Below are positions 1 through 12,790 of a stretch of 64,000 bases of DNA, piece by piece; position 1 is the stretch's first letter, and every line of letters begins with the position of its first letter. The notes beneath the pieces were generated by a model. It saw only the letters and a program-made list of their open reading frames with translations, did no database searches and was not told the origin of the DNA. The stretch is from Pavona decussata. Taxonomy: Eukaryota. The stretch covers positions 3,038,001-3,102,000 of the forward strand of contig CDRNST010000120.1 of assembly GCA_977016875.1 (NCBI GenBank). The letters are read 5' to 3'. The translations under genes were made by a program, and so were the position numbers.

Positions 1-59
1 GCAACGTGAAGATTATTAAAGTTACATTGTGTGAATAAAATCGCATTTTTTAGGTTAAT

Positions 60-485
60 TCCTTTTCTAAGCGAATGTAACGTGGTTCTACTGTTTGAAT
101 CTGTCGTCAAAATCCTAAATTGTGACCATTCAAATGAAAGCTACTGAGCAGTACTTTTCTGTGGTACTGTTTATTATGCTGTACAAGGTGGTTCTTAGTT
201 TTCAGTCTGTGGATAAAATCCCAAACTGTGACCATTCAAATGAAAGCTGCTGAGGAATACTTTCCTGTGGTGCTGTTTATTATGCTGTACAAGATGATTC
301 TAACTTTGGAGTCTGTTGAAAAAATCCTAAAGTGTGGTCATTCAAATGAAAGCTACTGAGCAGTACTTTCCTGTGGTGTTGCTTATTATGCACAAGATGA
401 TTCTAACTTTGGAGTCTGTGGATAAAATCCCAAACCGGCTGTGACCATTCAAATGAAAGCAATTAATGGGTATTTCCCTGTGGTG
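60..485 (+). repeat. ~106-bp tandem satellite array (about 4 units)
   Basis: The unit GTGACCATTCAAATGAAAGCTACTGAGCAGTACTTTCCTGTGG...GAGTCTGTGGATAAAATCC recurs at about 124, 230, 337 and 444. Confidence 0.9.
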
Positions 486-2894
486 CAAGCGAGTAGTTTT
501 GCGCAGTAGGAAGTTTTCAACTGTACTTTGATAGAGTTCAATGCAAGCAAGCTGTGGGTTGATGACTGTTGTTTAAAGTTAATCCCAGTAATACACTTCC
601 TACGCGTGTTTGTCAGCGGTACTCTAGTCATCAGACATAACATTACAAAACGAGTGATCATGAAAGCCTTCAACCTGCCAAAACACTGTCACTATTTGAG
701 CGGCAAAATTCATTCTTATCTCCGGGATGTAAATTAAGGTGTGTAAATTCTTTTCTTCGGGGAAAAAGGTTTTAGATTTGAAACTTTCGCTTCTATCGCA
801 GAAGCTTCGTCAGCGAAATGAAGTGTAAAAACACGGCTTTCATCTCACTTTTTATCACGTGATCCTTTCAGATCACGTGACAAAGTGATTGAGGGCCGCT
901 GATAGATCATATCCACCTATTAATTTATCGCCGGATTGCAAGGTTTTTCAAGGGCTTTGTTGTGATTAAGAGGTCATTACCGGACACCCTAATTTATTTT
1001 TAGATGGCAAGCTGTGCCAGATACAAGCTCATCGAAAAATTCGATGACTGTTGTTTTTCAGTGGTGGGTGGTGACTCCTTTCATACATGTTATTTTTATT
1101 AAAAATAACCTTGTTTATGAGACTGGTCGAACACCTACATTGATAGTACATAGTCCACATCAGAGAAAGGAAATTAAAAGATCGGCGCAAAAAACCTAAA
1201 AGACGAAAGTAAACAAGATACGAACTACAATTGTTTTTGTACCATAAACTGAGATTATTTACTACTACTACTAAAAGCACGGGAATACAAAATGTCACCT
1301 TATTACCTTATTAATAAAGTCTCAAGTCTCAAGTGAAGAATAGTTACGAGATGGCAGTTTCCCGTCGGTGCATTTAAAGTTTTTCTTTTATTAACAACAA
1401 AATCATCAAAGAAGAGCGACTTTTCTTTTAATTTAAAGTTGTTGATGAATTTGATTGTTCTTGTAATTAGTGTATGGTATTTTGATCATCATTGTTGAGT
1501 CAATAAAACATTTACCAACTGTAGAAATTGAAAACCCACTGATGTGGGCTTAAAGGAGCAGAGTCACGAAGATTTTGTTGTATTTTCCAGAAAACTTCAC
1601 AAATACTTGACAAGGTACGTGCGTTCAAATACGAAATATCTTAGAGCACCAATTACTCAAAGAGTGGAGTAAGTGATTTCTCCAAGAAAAAAACATACCA
1701 TTCTCAGCGATTTCTCAAAAATAAATGGTCGAAGTTCAAAAAAAAAGCGGCACTTTTTTTCAAGTTGTAATCCATTTCTATCTTAATTTTAGCCATGGAA
1801 AGATAATTAATACTAGTTTGTGTGTACAAGCTATAGTAGGGCAATCGTTAACAAAACTGGGCAATTGTTTTACTGAACGTTTCCATAGATACAAATCTGT
1901 CTCTGGATTTTCAAAGTGACACTGCAAAAAGGTGGCATAGCCCGTTTAACAGATCTGTTGAGGCTTCGTACTAATTTCCGGCTGACCAATTTAAAATATA
2001 TTTTTTAAAATTGTCGTGGAGTAAAATGTTTCATTGTAAAACGGTAACATGTCTCTGTGATAAAATTTTACCATCTGTTAAGAATACTGGCGCAGGTTTT
2101 AAGTCTGTGAGAGTTAAAATCATAAATTACTTTTATGTACACCTTGTTATAAGAACGAATTTACTTCGCAGCGTTTTTGTGACTAAATTTTACCAGCGTC
2201 CCTCAAACCATTGTTTAAACGACAAACAATGGTGTCTGCAGTTTCATTTATAGAATTGTTCGTTTATAGACAATTATAGGCTTAAACAGTATTAATTTTT
2301 TAAGGGGTTGAGGCTAGGAGTGCTTTCATCTTTAAATCTCGGTAGAGGTTAGCGTTCTGCTTATTGCATCCGAGTAGCCATTTTGTGTAAAAGTCATAAT
2401 TTTCCGTATTAAAATAGTTGATTTTGGTGACACATTTCACACCTTACTCCCTCCGAGATGAGCGAAAGTCACTCCACCATAGCATATTGCGTTGGATCTC
2501 CCAAATGTGTTTATCATCGGCTGAATATGTTGGCGCCTGTACTCAAGTCTCAGTTGAACTTTTAAGCGCATTTGACGTCAATAATATGAATTTTGCACAC
2601 GATAAAGCATTGTCATTATTAAACTGTATTAAGTAACGGATCGTTTTTAATCCCAGTATTGTTCATTTTGTGGGCACCCGTTGACAACGGTACAGGAATA
2701 CAATAACTTTTAGTAATTAACTGGGCTCACATAGCGCAAATTTGAGCTCACCAAATTTAGCTTATCATTCTGATGACATTGTTAGGTAAATAGGGGAGCA
2801 ATTGCAGAACACCCGTCCACTCGCAAGGTGCGTTACTCTGAAACCCGTGGCCCGTGCTACCGCGCTCAACAGATGAATAAGTAATTGATCTAAG

Positions 2895-2998
2895 TATTAA
2901 ACTGGAGTGCTACCGCGGTCCGCAGTCCCGTAGTTGATGGATTAAAGAACAAGGAATGTATTAAGCTGGAGTGTTACCGCGGTCCGCAGTCCCGTAGT
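2895..2998. repeat. Short direct duplication (2 x ~41 bp)
   Basis: GTATTAARCTGGAGTGYTACCGCGGTCCGCAGTCCCGTAGT occurs twice about 63 bp apart; a degenerate satellite unit follows at ~3010-3160. Confidence 0.75.
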
Positions 2999-4659
2999 GT
3001 GCAGAGACTTTCTTGTGGTGCTGTTTATTGCGTTCTAACCTTTTAGTCTGTGTATGAAATCCTTACGTGTGAGGACTGAAATGAAAGCTACTGAGCAGTA
3101 CTTTCCCTTGATGCTGCAAGTTACGTTCCGCAACTGAAGTGGTTCTTACTAGTCTTTGAGTGACCATTCCTGCGAAACGGCAAATCTGCTATTGAACCAT
3201 GCATGTCAGTAGTTACTTTCTCAAGTGCTAGGCTCTCACTTTTAAAATATGTTTTGTCTCAGTTACACATGGAGTTCTTAAACATTTTAAATACGCAAAG
3301 AGTTGGACCAAATTTCGTGAATTGTCATCATTTTAAAAGCAACTGCTACCAGGGGTTTCAGCAAAGGCCATGCAGGCACCAGACAAACTGACTGTCTGTG
3401 CAAACGACTTTGCCGCCTGGGTGCTTTAAACACCTCAACCATGTTTTTAATAGAAGATCATATCCAAGTGAACTATCCGACCCAGGGGCAATAACCTTTT
3501 GCCCGCCTGTTTAAAATCTTAATGAAATCCGTACTGCTACTGACCTTATTTTCGACCTCCAAACATTCGTCACCCACGCTCCAGTTCCGTGGTTGATTGA
3601 CTCTGAGTGAGGACTGAGGATTACAACACACTTTCTCAAACTTATCAATTCTTATCCATAGGTATCATGTCAGTATTTCTGGATTACATCTCGTAACGGA
3701 AACCATAAACAAAGTTAAACAAATCGGCAAAACTAAACATTTCATTACAATGACAGTAAGCGCGAACATGCGCTAATAATCCCACAGGGGAACACTTATT
3801 TCATTACTCAGAATTGTCAATTACTTTTGACGCAAAATTTTGGCCAGATCTGGTCGTGAGAACTTTGTTACCGGCCTCCTGTCTTGCTTTTTGGCAGGAT
3901 GTGTGAAAAGCCATCGTTTATGAACTACCTGCTAATATCAACCGGCGTAGATTTTGAGAACAATTCTTTAGGGTTTATTTGGTTTTTGTAAAGAGAAGCA
4001 CTGATTAATATTTTTGCAAACAAAGCAAGGGAACAAATCCTGTTATGCTGTCTTAACGAATGAAGCACATTATTATACGTATAACCTAATAGCTGAGTTC
4101 TTCTGAAAGGGAATGTTGTGTCCTTGTAAATTAAATCACTGTTGAACGAAGTAGCTTGATATTCCACGGAAATGATCTAAAGCCGCCAGCTTTGTTCCGT
4201 TTTAATTACAAATGCCAATACAGATCTCTATTCAATGTCAGTAATCACTGAGGCGTTACTCAAGCTATTAACTTTTAAGGCAATACCAGTAAATAATTTA
4301 ACAATGAAAATAAGAGACTGAGTTTCTGTGAAGGGGTTATACACTAGATGAGCATAAGGATTTATCGGTCGTTTTGCAAATTTAATTTAATTAATAAATT
4401 AATATCACCACGTTGAAGATCACGTGAACATTATTAATTTTGGAAGTTTGGCGTAACGTTAAGGCCAATTTGAATTTATTTTGATGGGTTTAATGGTTTT
4501 GAAGAACCCGAAAATCGATAACTCGCCCAAACCTCCAAGGGAGCGGAATGCTTTGTACAGTTTTTTCAGCTACTGGAATGCTGGAATTTTCCTTGCAGAT
4601 TTTAACCTCTGTTGTCTGTTTTTCGATAGTAATGATAACAATGACTTTCTTTATACAGG

Positions 4660-4834
4660 AAATATACCGATTTCTATATATGAAAATTCTAACTTGGCCA
4701 CGACGCTTAGGGGAAAAAAACAACGGAAAATACATTGAAACTCAGAGATGAGTAATTTAAAATTTCTTTAAAATTTAAAATTCCCCTAAGCCTCGTAGCC
4801 AAGCTACAATTTTAATATATTGAAATTGGTCTAT
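4660..4834. mobile_element. Palindromic MITE
   Basis: Long imperfect inverted repeat: AATATACCGATTTC...TTGGCCACGACGCTTAGGGGA / TCCCCTAAGCCTCGTAGCCAAG...GAAATTGGTCTATT. Confidence 0.7.
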
Positions 4835-5139
4835 TGCCATCACCAATCGCTGGTTTTCAGACGAGACTTGTCAACAAAGCAGTATTAAAGATTAGCGGGG
4901 AATTAAAACTAGATCTCTTTCGATTCTCTAGAAAGATCGAAGGGGACTCTATGCAATACGATAACTTTGTTTAAAGAGGGAGGCGTAATAACCTATTACA
5001 GTTTTCTAAGTACGGATCTCGAAATAAAAGGAATAAATACATAGCACTGCTCATAGCCTGCTAATGCAGCCGTCTTCGTTCGCACTAAGCAATGAAAGGT
5101 GGCTGTTTTTGCAGGGTCGCGAGGAAACCTCCGCACCTG

Positions 5140-5490
5140 TTACAACATTAAATTGTTGGAAATAGTGCCTAAATTTCAAAGTTTAGTTGAAAAGTGAAGA
5201 TAGCATTTTAGTGTTCTAAAACTTGGAATTTATTTTCGCCTTTGAATTTTCCGCCCCTCCCCATTTTGGATTCCATGACGTCATGCGGTTGCCCAATTAT
5301 TGGTTCCTGGCAAAAGCGGGAACCTTATGACGTCATAAAATCCAAAATGGCGGCGCGAGCAAAACCTTAACGCGAAAATGGCTGATAGTCCTCTCCAATT
5401 TTTGAAACACTAAAATTCTCTACTTTCAAAATAAGCTTTGAATTTTACCCACTATTTCTAACAGTCTCACTTCAAATTTGTTGTAAGAGT
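5140..5490. mobile_element. Degenerate palindromic non-autonomous DNA element
   Basis: Inverted arms TTGGAAATAGTG..TTTTAGTGTT..TTGGA / TCCAA..AACACTAAAA..CACTATTTCTAA and an inner pair CCATTTTGGATT..ATGACGTCAT / ATGACGTCAT..AATCCAAAATGG. Confidence 0.6.
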
Positions 5491-7347
5491 GGATGTTCTC
5501 TTTAAATCAACGGAAATGCTCAAATGGAGTATTTTGCACTCTTAATGAAGGCAATCTAAATCCACTCTTGAAAATTACCTTGTAATATTACATCTGTTTG
5601 TTCAATGACAAACTTGTTGATATAATAAAATCCAGAAATCGTAATTATTTCACTATACCAGTTTATTTTCTCAAATGCTTCGAAAATTCAGTCTATATAT
5701 AGAATATATAAAACCTCATACACTCTAATCTGTCCAAATAATTTTTTGTGTTTGTTTTTTTAATTATAAGACAGCATCTTTATTGTTACTACCTGTATCC
5801 TAAAGCTCAAGGTTTGTCTGAACTAAGGAACATTGTCCAGAAACTGTTTCTTGTCATTAATGTATTTAAAGATCAAGCAATAACTAATTTAATTAAGTTA
5901 CTACCTAAACTGTTTTCTCAATCCCACGCCAAAATGCAAAATGCAAGCAAAATGCTCTTCTAAGCCGAAGTTTTTAAATAACGTCTTTATCGCACTGATT
6001 TCAACTGAAGCTACTCAAGTTTGAAAACAGGAGTATATCTTTTTGGGAATATCATTGGATATGTACCAGGGTTAATTAACGGACATTACGTCACGTGACA
6101 CATTTTCACGAATCGCGGGCAAGGAAAAATATTTCGTGAATTGTAAATGCACGCATGCGGGGCTTCCTACCCAGACTTGCGCGTCAAATTTCCAGGGAAA
6201 GGCCACTCCTCGGAATTTTTGTTTTCGTGTGTCGGCCGGTTCGACAAGTCCTGTCTCTATTTCAAACCAAAATTTTTAATTTCCCAATACCGGTTTTCAG
6301 ACCTGGTTTTAAAAACCCATACCCATTTTCAAACGTTCAGACCAAATGGGTTGAAATCTATACCTGTTTCCATGCCAAACGTCTCAAAACCCATACTCCT
6401 TGAGGCAGACGTACCAATGTAGCTCAGGAGTGGGGTGGGATGACAGTCACATACTCCTTCCCTGCGAAATTCTACTCAACAATCACAGGCCCTTTGACGG
6501 ATTCTGTTGAAAGACATTTGACCTTGTAACTCTGTATGTCTGGAGATGGCTCCGATACACGCCACTCCATTTCAAATTAACTGTTTATCAGAAAAACATT
6601 TAAAAATACTAGTATCATCAAAACAAGCTTTGCTTCAAGCAATGTCTAAAAGGTACCTTTTCACGAAAGCTTCCTTTAAAGATCGTTATGGTTTCGGATA
6701 AAGCGGTTCCTAGAGGGCGGTAATTGGCTTTTTTTTTTACAATAAACGAAAGTTTAGAAAGGAACTGGACGCGGTTGAGTAATGCGTGGTTTTTAAATGA
6801 CCGCAAACGATCGCACGATCGCAGAAATTGTTTACCAAATTGCCCAATAGCGAAGAGCTGTGTTTCCATGTTATCGCAAGGATCGCGAAAGAAAATTATC
6901 CTCCCGCATAATTTTTGGACAGCAGATTTCTTCAAATATGAAGTATTATGTGTAGGCACTCTCGCACCCAGAGTCCTAAGGCTCCTTGACTAGCGGTTGG
7001 TCGCGCTCTCCCGGTTTCCACCGGCTGACGAAAATGCCTGAGGACTCTGGGTACGATTTGTACGTAGAACATGGTTTCCATGTGGTCGCTCATGATCGCA
7101 GGATGGCAGACGATCCTAAGCGATCTTTTAGTTTGTTTTCATATAATCGTGAAATTTTTGGCGACTCTTTTAGCGATCGTCTGATTTACCATCGTTTGCG
7201 CCCCGATTTGGAAACGTTCATTGTAATGGAGTATATGTTGTCACAATGAACATCTGTGCCGGGGACTAGAACACGCGCTAGTGAGGGAACATGTACAGGC
7301 AGTAATGTTTTCGTAACGATGTTTCTTCTTCTACCAGCACAGTCTAA

Positions 7348-9102
7348 TCAAATTGAAGTTTCATTATCAAGGAGTATACCATGTTTTCTTGGCCTGTTTG
7401 TTAGTAATAACGGGTGGTCTCTGCTCGGGTACCCATCATGTTCACTTTCTATATCACTAATAAGTGTCTCTTTTTCGTCTTGCTCCTGTAGGTTTTCTGA
7501 GTCGCTGTCTTCACCAGAAAGCGTCCTTTTTAAGAAAGGAACCACATCAAGTTGAATTGGCGAACCTCCGTTGAGCGGAAACTTTCGGCTCCTTGAAGGT
7601 AGGCTTTCCATGCTAACCTGAACTCCTTCGTCGACTCCAGGAATAAATATGGTATACGTTGAATTGTTACATTCGTGTGAAATGTCTCTATTCTCCGAAC
7701 AACAGCATACTTCCGTACTAGAACCTTTCGAGGTCTCATACCCAGCAACGTTTGGAGTTTCTCTAGGCAATGAACAGCGATCGCAGATGTGTGAAGACTG
7801 CGATTGCGATTTCCGGGGCGGAGGCCCGGAGCAGAGCGGTCTTTGTGTGTTTGAAGGGACGCTGAAAGAACGCATGCGCTGACTGCGACCGCTTTCTGCT
7901 ATCCAGAACGGAAGTCTGTCCGCTGGAGAATAGTTTGTTACTCCTGGTACATTCAAACTGTGTCTTGGATGATCGATTTTGCTTGAGTTTGGTTTGGAGT
8001 TCAGAAGCTGGTCTCCTGAACTGCTCTCCTCTTCTGTCTCGTCCTTTTCAGGTAGATCTCCTAGTTTTGGAACAACTCTCTCATTGCGGCTATATTTACG
8101 TTCTCTGTTACCCCTGCAATTCGTGGGCGATGTTTTGACGTCACTACCTTGGGCATTATCTGATTTGCTTGAAGGAATACTCCAATTTCTAGAGTTCCGT
8201 TTCAATTCATACGAGTTTCTGTTCGGGAAACTGTTTAGCCGATATGGATGACCATTTCCAGGAGCTAGGTTGTCGTCCTCTCCTGCCTCAAGTCCGGCAG
8301 GGCTACGTATACGCAATCCTCTGCGTCGGGTGCCGGTAAAATTGCCGCGGTTAGAGAAATCCGAGGTTAATGAACTCAATAAAACCTTGTTTCTCTTCCT
8401 TGGAAGTTTAAGTCTGGCTTGTGCATGGGCGTAGTACAGATTGAAGTTACTTCCTATTATGGAAATGGGGAGAGCTACAACAAGAAGGCCGCAAATGGAG
8501 CATGCTCCTCCGATTATTTTTCCTACCCACGTGACTGGCACTATGTCTCCGTAACCGACAGTTGTCATGGTGATGAGCGACCACCAAAAGGATTCTGGAA
8601 TTGAGCGAAATTTAGTATGTACACCATCCATTGTGCGTTCGATGTAGTAAATTATCGAAGAAAATAAGATTACTGGGATTAGAAGAATCAGCAGTAGAAG
8701 CCCTAGTTCGTAAGAGCTTGCTTTTAACGTGTGTAACAAGATTTGAAGACCGTAAAGCAGGCGAAAGAAGCGGAAGAGCCGAAGAAGGCGAATCATGAGC
8801 AGTGCGTCAGCTAAAGCACCACCCTTAGGATCAATGAGCCGAAGATAGAACGGAAGAACCGAGAGAATATCGATCCAGTTCGTCACCTGTCGGAAAAAGA
8901 CTCGTCTTCTTGGGCAAAATATTATTCTTGCTAGCAGTTCGAGGGTAAACCAGATGCCACAAAAGTAGTCGATGGTTTGAAAGATATCATTAGCTGTGTC
9001 ATCTCTTGGTGAAGCCGAGGACGCGTTTGCAGCCCTGTGACTGGAGAACTGGGGAAGAGTTAGAGCACAGGATGTGGCCACGGACAGTAGGATCAGCGTC
9101 AC
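7348..9102 (-). CDS. Shaw/Kv3-type voltage-gated K+ channel, coding exon 2 (S1-S6, pore, C-terminal tail); 5' boundary lies in the assembly gap
   Basis: Selectivity filter TMTTVGYGD, S3 NWIDILSVLPFY, S4 IRLLRLFRFFR, S4-S5 linker GLQILLHTLKAS (Shaw-like) and S6 ALPISIIGSNFNLYY. The frame is open to the stop at 7348. Confidence 0.93.
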   Translation of the reverse strand: MTLILLSVATSCALTLPQFSSHRAANASSASPRDDTANDIFQTIDYFCGIWFTLELLARIIFCPRRRVFFRQVTNWIDILSVLPFYLRLIDPKGGALADALLMIRLLRLFRFFRLLYGLQILLHTLKASSYELGLLLLILLIPVILFSSIIYYIERTMDGVHTKFRSIPESFWWSLITMTTVGYGDIVPVTWVGKIIGGACSICGLLVVALPISIIGSNFNLYYAHAQARLKLPRKRNKVLLSSLTSDFSNRGNFTGTRRRGLRIRSPAGLEAGEDDNLAPGNGHPYRLNSFPNRNSYELKRNSRNWSIPSSKSDNAQGSDVKTSPTNCRGNRERKYSRNERVVPKLGDLPEKDETEEESSSGDQLLNSKPNSSKIDHPRHSLNVPGVTNYSPADRLPFWIAESGRSQRMRSFSVPSNTQRPLCSGPPPRKSQSQSSHICDRCSLPRETPNVAGYETSKGSSTEVCCCSENRDISHECNNSTYTIFIPGVDEGVQVSMESLPSRSRKFPLNGGSPIQLDVVPFLKRTLSGEDSDSENLQEQDEKETLISDIESEHDGYPSRDHPLLLTNRPRKHGILLDNETSI

Positions 9103-9244
9103 NNNNNNNNNNNNNNNNNNNNNNNNNNNNNNNNNNNNNNNNNNNNNNNNNNNNNNNNNNNNNNNNNNNNNNNNNNNNNNNNNNNNNNNNNNNNNNNNNN
9201 NNNNNNNNNNNNNNNNNNNNNNNNNNNNNNNNNNNNNNNNNNNN
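9103..9244. other. Assembly gap (142 N)
   Basis: Run of N; it hides the Kv exon-2 acceptor and the first residues of S1. Confidence 1.
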
Positions 9245-9400
9245 AGGTTGCCCTCCATATCCGCTTGGCCCAGCCACTTAGCTCGATTTGCTTGCTATTT
9301 CTAAGTGGCTGTGCCCTCTTCTTTAGTAATTTTTCTTTCTTGTATTAATGTAACACTGTATAATTTCTGGGCACGAATAAAGATTGTTGTTGTTGTTGTT
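9245..9400 (+). mobile_element. Probable non-LTR retrotransposon 3' end
   Basis: AATAAA followed by a (GTT)n microsatellite tail, directly next to the gap. Confidence 0.45.
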
Positions 9401-9930
9401 GAGCCAGAGGCTCATATGTAAAACGCATGACAATAGGTAAGAGAAAACTTAACTTACACAAAAAAAAAGAAAAAAAAGAGACACATTTAAGTAATTATAT
9501 CAAATCGGTCAAAAAATGTATAAACAAAGCAGGGGAATCAATAGTCCTTTCCGAAAAATGCCACTTCAACAAGAAGGTTAACCCTTTAAGCCCTAACAGT
9601 GATCAGCATCAAATTTCTCCTGGTAGTATCAATGCTTATTCAACCCCTGAAGTCATGCGAATTAAGGATATGATCACCCAGGATAAATTTTCTTGATATT
9701 TGAATTACTTCTCCCCAGCACTTTTATAAGTTTATAAGAAAAGTATGAGAACAAGATAGGAGAATTTGTTGTTTTGATATTAGGGTTTAAAGGGTTTAGC
9801 CTTAAATTCTAGGGTTGTGCAACCTTGCATCTATTGCTGTAGCGACTGCCAGTGGCTGACGTCCGATCTCACTCCACAGAAGAACTGTAAACCACCATGA
9901 GACTATGTGATATGTGCGGTGTATAAAATG

Positions 9931-10347
9931 CCGTATTTATTCAATTAACTGCCCTGGGCACTTTTTTAATTTTGGGCCCATGAGGGTGGGCGCTTATTCG
10001 GGCTGGGCGCTTATTATTTTTCCAACATTTTCAGCAAGCAAGGACATTTTTAGAGAATAACAAAACAAGGGATAACAAGTTTATTTCGCTTCAGCAAGAC
10101 AAAACAAAGTACAAAAGCTAACATGAACAAGCCATAAACAATACAAAAGTTCATTGACTACCGTATCTAAAACCAATTTTGAAACAGAACTGACGTTCCT
10201 CTTACTTCACGCTGGGCTAGTACAGAAATATTTTTTGTTGGGAGGGGGTGAGGTGGGCGCTTATTTTAGGGTGGGCGCTTATTAACTTTTTGGGCTTTCG
10301 GGTTGGGCGCTTTTTCGAAGGTGGGCGGTTCATCGAATAAATACCGT
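9931..10347. mobile_element. Non-autonomous TIR element with GGGCGCTTATT subterminal repeats (Tc1/mariner-like)
   Basis: Ends CCGTATTTATTC.. / ..GAATAAATACCGTA; several GGGCGCTTATT motifs near both ends. Confidence 0.6.
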
Positions 10348-10404
10348 ACATTACCATTACCATTATCGTTATAGTACTTTTCGGAAAGCAGTGTCGGAAA
10401 GGCC

Positions 10405-10581
10405 AATAGGCCATTTCCGAGTTGCTGTGAACCTCATTAAGAAAGCGAGGCTAAGTGCAAAACTTTTCATATGAAAATTAGTTTTGTTTGCATATGAATG
10501 AAAACTAATTTTCATGACAAAAACTTTGCACTTAGCCTCGCTTTCATAATGAGGTTCAAAGCAACTCGGAAATGGTCTATT
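10405..10581. mobile_element. Palindromic MITE
   Basis: TIR AATAGGCCATTTCCGAGTTGC / GCAACTCGGAAATGGTCTATT with inverted symmetry continuing to the centre. Confidence 0.85.
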
Positions 10582-12344
10582 GAAAGGGTAATATCTTTGT
10601 TTTGTTTTGAGGTGAGATATCCAACTAAGTACCAAAGGAAAAAGCTGTTTTAAAAGGTTTTAGAAGTTCATTTTAGACAGATTATTATAAAAGAATAAAT
10701 AAAGAATGTTAAGAGGGATTATGATATGAAATTGTTATCATTTAATTTTTGGACTTTTCCCCGAGTTAAGAAATAAAACATTAACTTTGAGTCTAATCTT
10801 TTTAAGCTTGATTCCTGATGGTTATAAATCTGTCTGTTTTCAGCGCCACAGGGATAGTGAAAAAATATATCAAAATGCTAATTTGCGAAGACAATTTATA
10901 TTTTGTAAGTTTGGATTAACAGCAATCATTAATATGAAACATTCGTTTTAAGGATCGCAGAGGGGAATTGTTAAGACGGTTATTTCAAAAGGATATTCAA
11001 AAAGAATGGATTAGAAATACTAAATATAGTTTTTTTTTTCAAGCTAAGAATTGAAGAAAACGGAATTTCTCGAAGAAAGCAATTTTAGTTTTTAACACCC
11101 GGATGTAAGTCAGATATTGCAAAAATGAAAAAAAAAAAATGAATAAAAATGAAAAATCCGTCAAGGGAAAATCCAAGCGAAAATAAAATGACAAAACTTA
11201 CGATGCAAAAGTCTAAGATTGGGAACAAACCAACGGTTGTTTTTTGCAGCGGTATTGTGTAACATTAAACCAGGCGAGCGGCGTTTTGCAAAATGGCAGA
11301 CAATGCCAAGTGTAGCCGTGTTAAGTTCAATTATTTTTCTGATTGATGGCGCAACATTTTAGTCTTGTAATGAAAATTTTACGAATTTGGGACTGCGGTA
11401 GAATAATGGCCTTTCTTGTGACAAGTTCGTCAGTGAATTTCGAAATTAGACAAAATTTTGTTTTGATAGAAACTCACCGGGTTAAAAAAAAAAAACGGAA
11501 AAGCAAATGGGCGAAATTTGAAATAACCGAACCTGGCGTGACTCCTTGGAGAGAAATACGATGCGTGTGTTTTTTGTTTTTTGTTTTTTTGTTTTTTTCA
11601 TCAAGAAGAATATTATGCTTCCGACAGACACCAGAGCCGTGTAATTCAGATAAAGGATGTAAGCGTCTATTATCTTATCTATATATCATTACTATATATA
11701 TTTTTTGCGCTTATTGAACTTCTTAGCGAGGATTATCAACCGTTTTATTGTTAGGTGAAAAGAAAAATATTTGTTGGTCATTCTTTTTAGATCTCTGGCT
11801 CAGTTGCTAAAAACAGGATTTGAATCAATATTTCATTCGCTTTTACATCCCCCATTCATTAGAATTTCTTGGAAATTACGGTTAGTTTTCATTTTATGGT
11901 TGATTGAAGCAAAAATGACGAAAATCGATTTTAAACAAGAAAAGTTGAAAAATTTGTTAATGTTAGATTAGTGATAATCGGTCTCCACAGCAACGCGACC
12001 AGGTGATATTTTTTCATTTAAGCTGAGTTACTTTTATTAAATTGTGGACTTTGGTGTAAAATTATACCACCCGCTGGTATCGTATTTCCCAGAGGCTCCT
12101 TGTTTAGTGTTTAAAAGCATATTAATCTTCAGCATTTTGCTCAAACGTCACTTTTTTATCTCTTTGCGGCTAACCTTTCATTTAAATTTCATAGGAAAAA
12201 CCTTCCTTAGCAAGTAACCGCGAATAAATTTACTGTGTAAATCGCTTTTCTTAGTTCCAACTGTGTCAATCAATATCTTTCAGACTTTGCTTTTTAGTAG
12301 TATAGTTTGCATGTTGAATCTATGGGTGAAATTCTGGTAGCACG

Positions 12345-12790
12345 TGATAGGTTCGAGCAGTACTTTCCTGTGTACGTGGTGCTGTTTGTTATGCTGTACA
12401 AAGTGGTTCGAACTTTTGAGTGTGAATGAAATTCTAAAGTGTGACCATTCAAATGAAAGCTACTGAGCAGTACTTTCCTTTGGTGCTGTTTGTTATGCTG
12501 TACAAAGTGGTTCGAACTTTGAGTCTGTGAATGAAATTCTAAAGTGTGACCATTCAAGTGAGCTACTGAGCAGTACTTTCCTGTGGTGCCGTTTGTTATG
12601 CTGTACAAAGTGGTTCGAACTTTGAGTCTGTGATTGAAATTCTAAAGTGTGACCATTCAAATGAAATCTACTGAACAATACTTTCCTGTAGTACTGTTTA
12701 TTATCTTGAACAATGTTGTTCAAACTTTTTCGTCTGTGGGTGAAATCCTTAAGTATGACCATTGAAACACAAGCTCCTGACCAGTACTTT
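12345..12790 (+). repeat. ~105-bp satellite array inside the Kv intron
   Basis: Same unit as 60-485; GACCATT at about 12444, 12548, 12651 and 12757. Confidence 0.9.

Noticed and set aside
855-882. Paired CACGTG E-boxes as a promoter
   Set aside because: No gene start is nearby in the window, and CACGTG is common in local repeats.
2895-2998. Mini-CRISPR (two ~41-bp repeats with a spacer)
   Set aside because: Only two full copies, a eukaryotic context and no cas genes; it is a local duplication.
9103-9258. ORF-track start MEGN-XXX for the K+ channel
   Set aside because: It is read through the N gap; the real upstream coding sequence is the T1 exon at 14346-14903.
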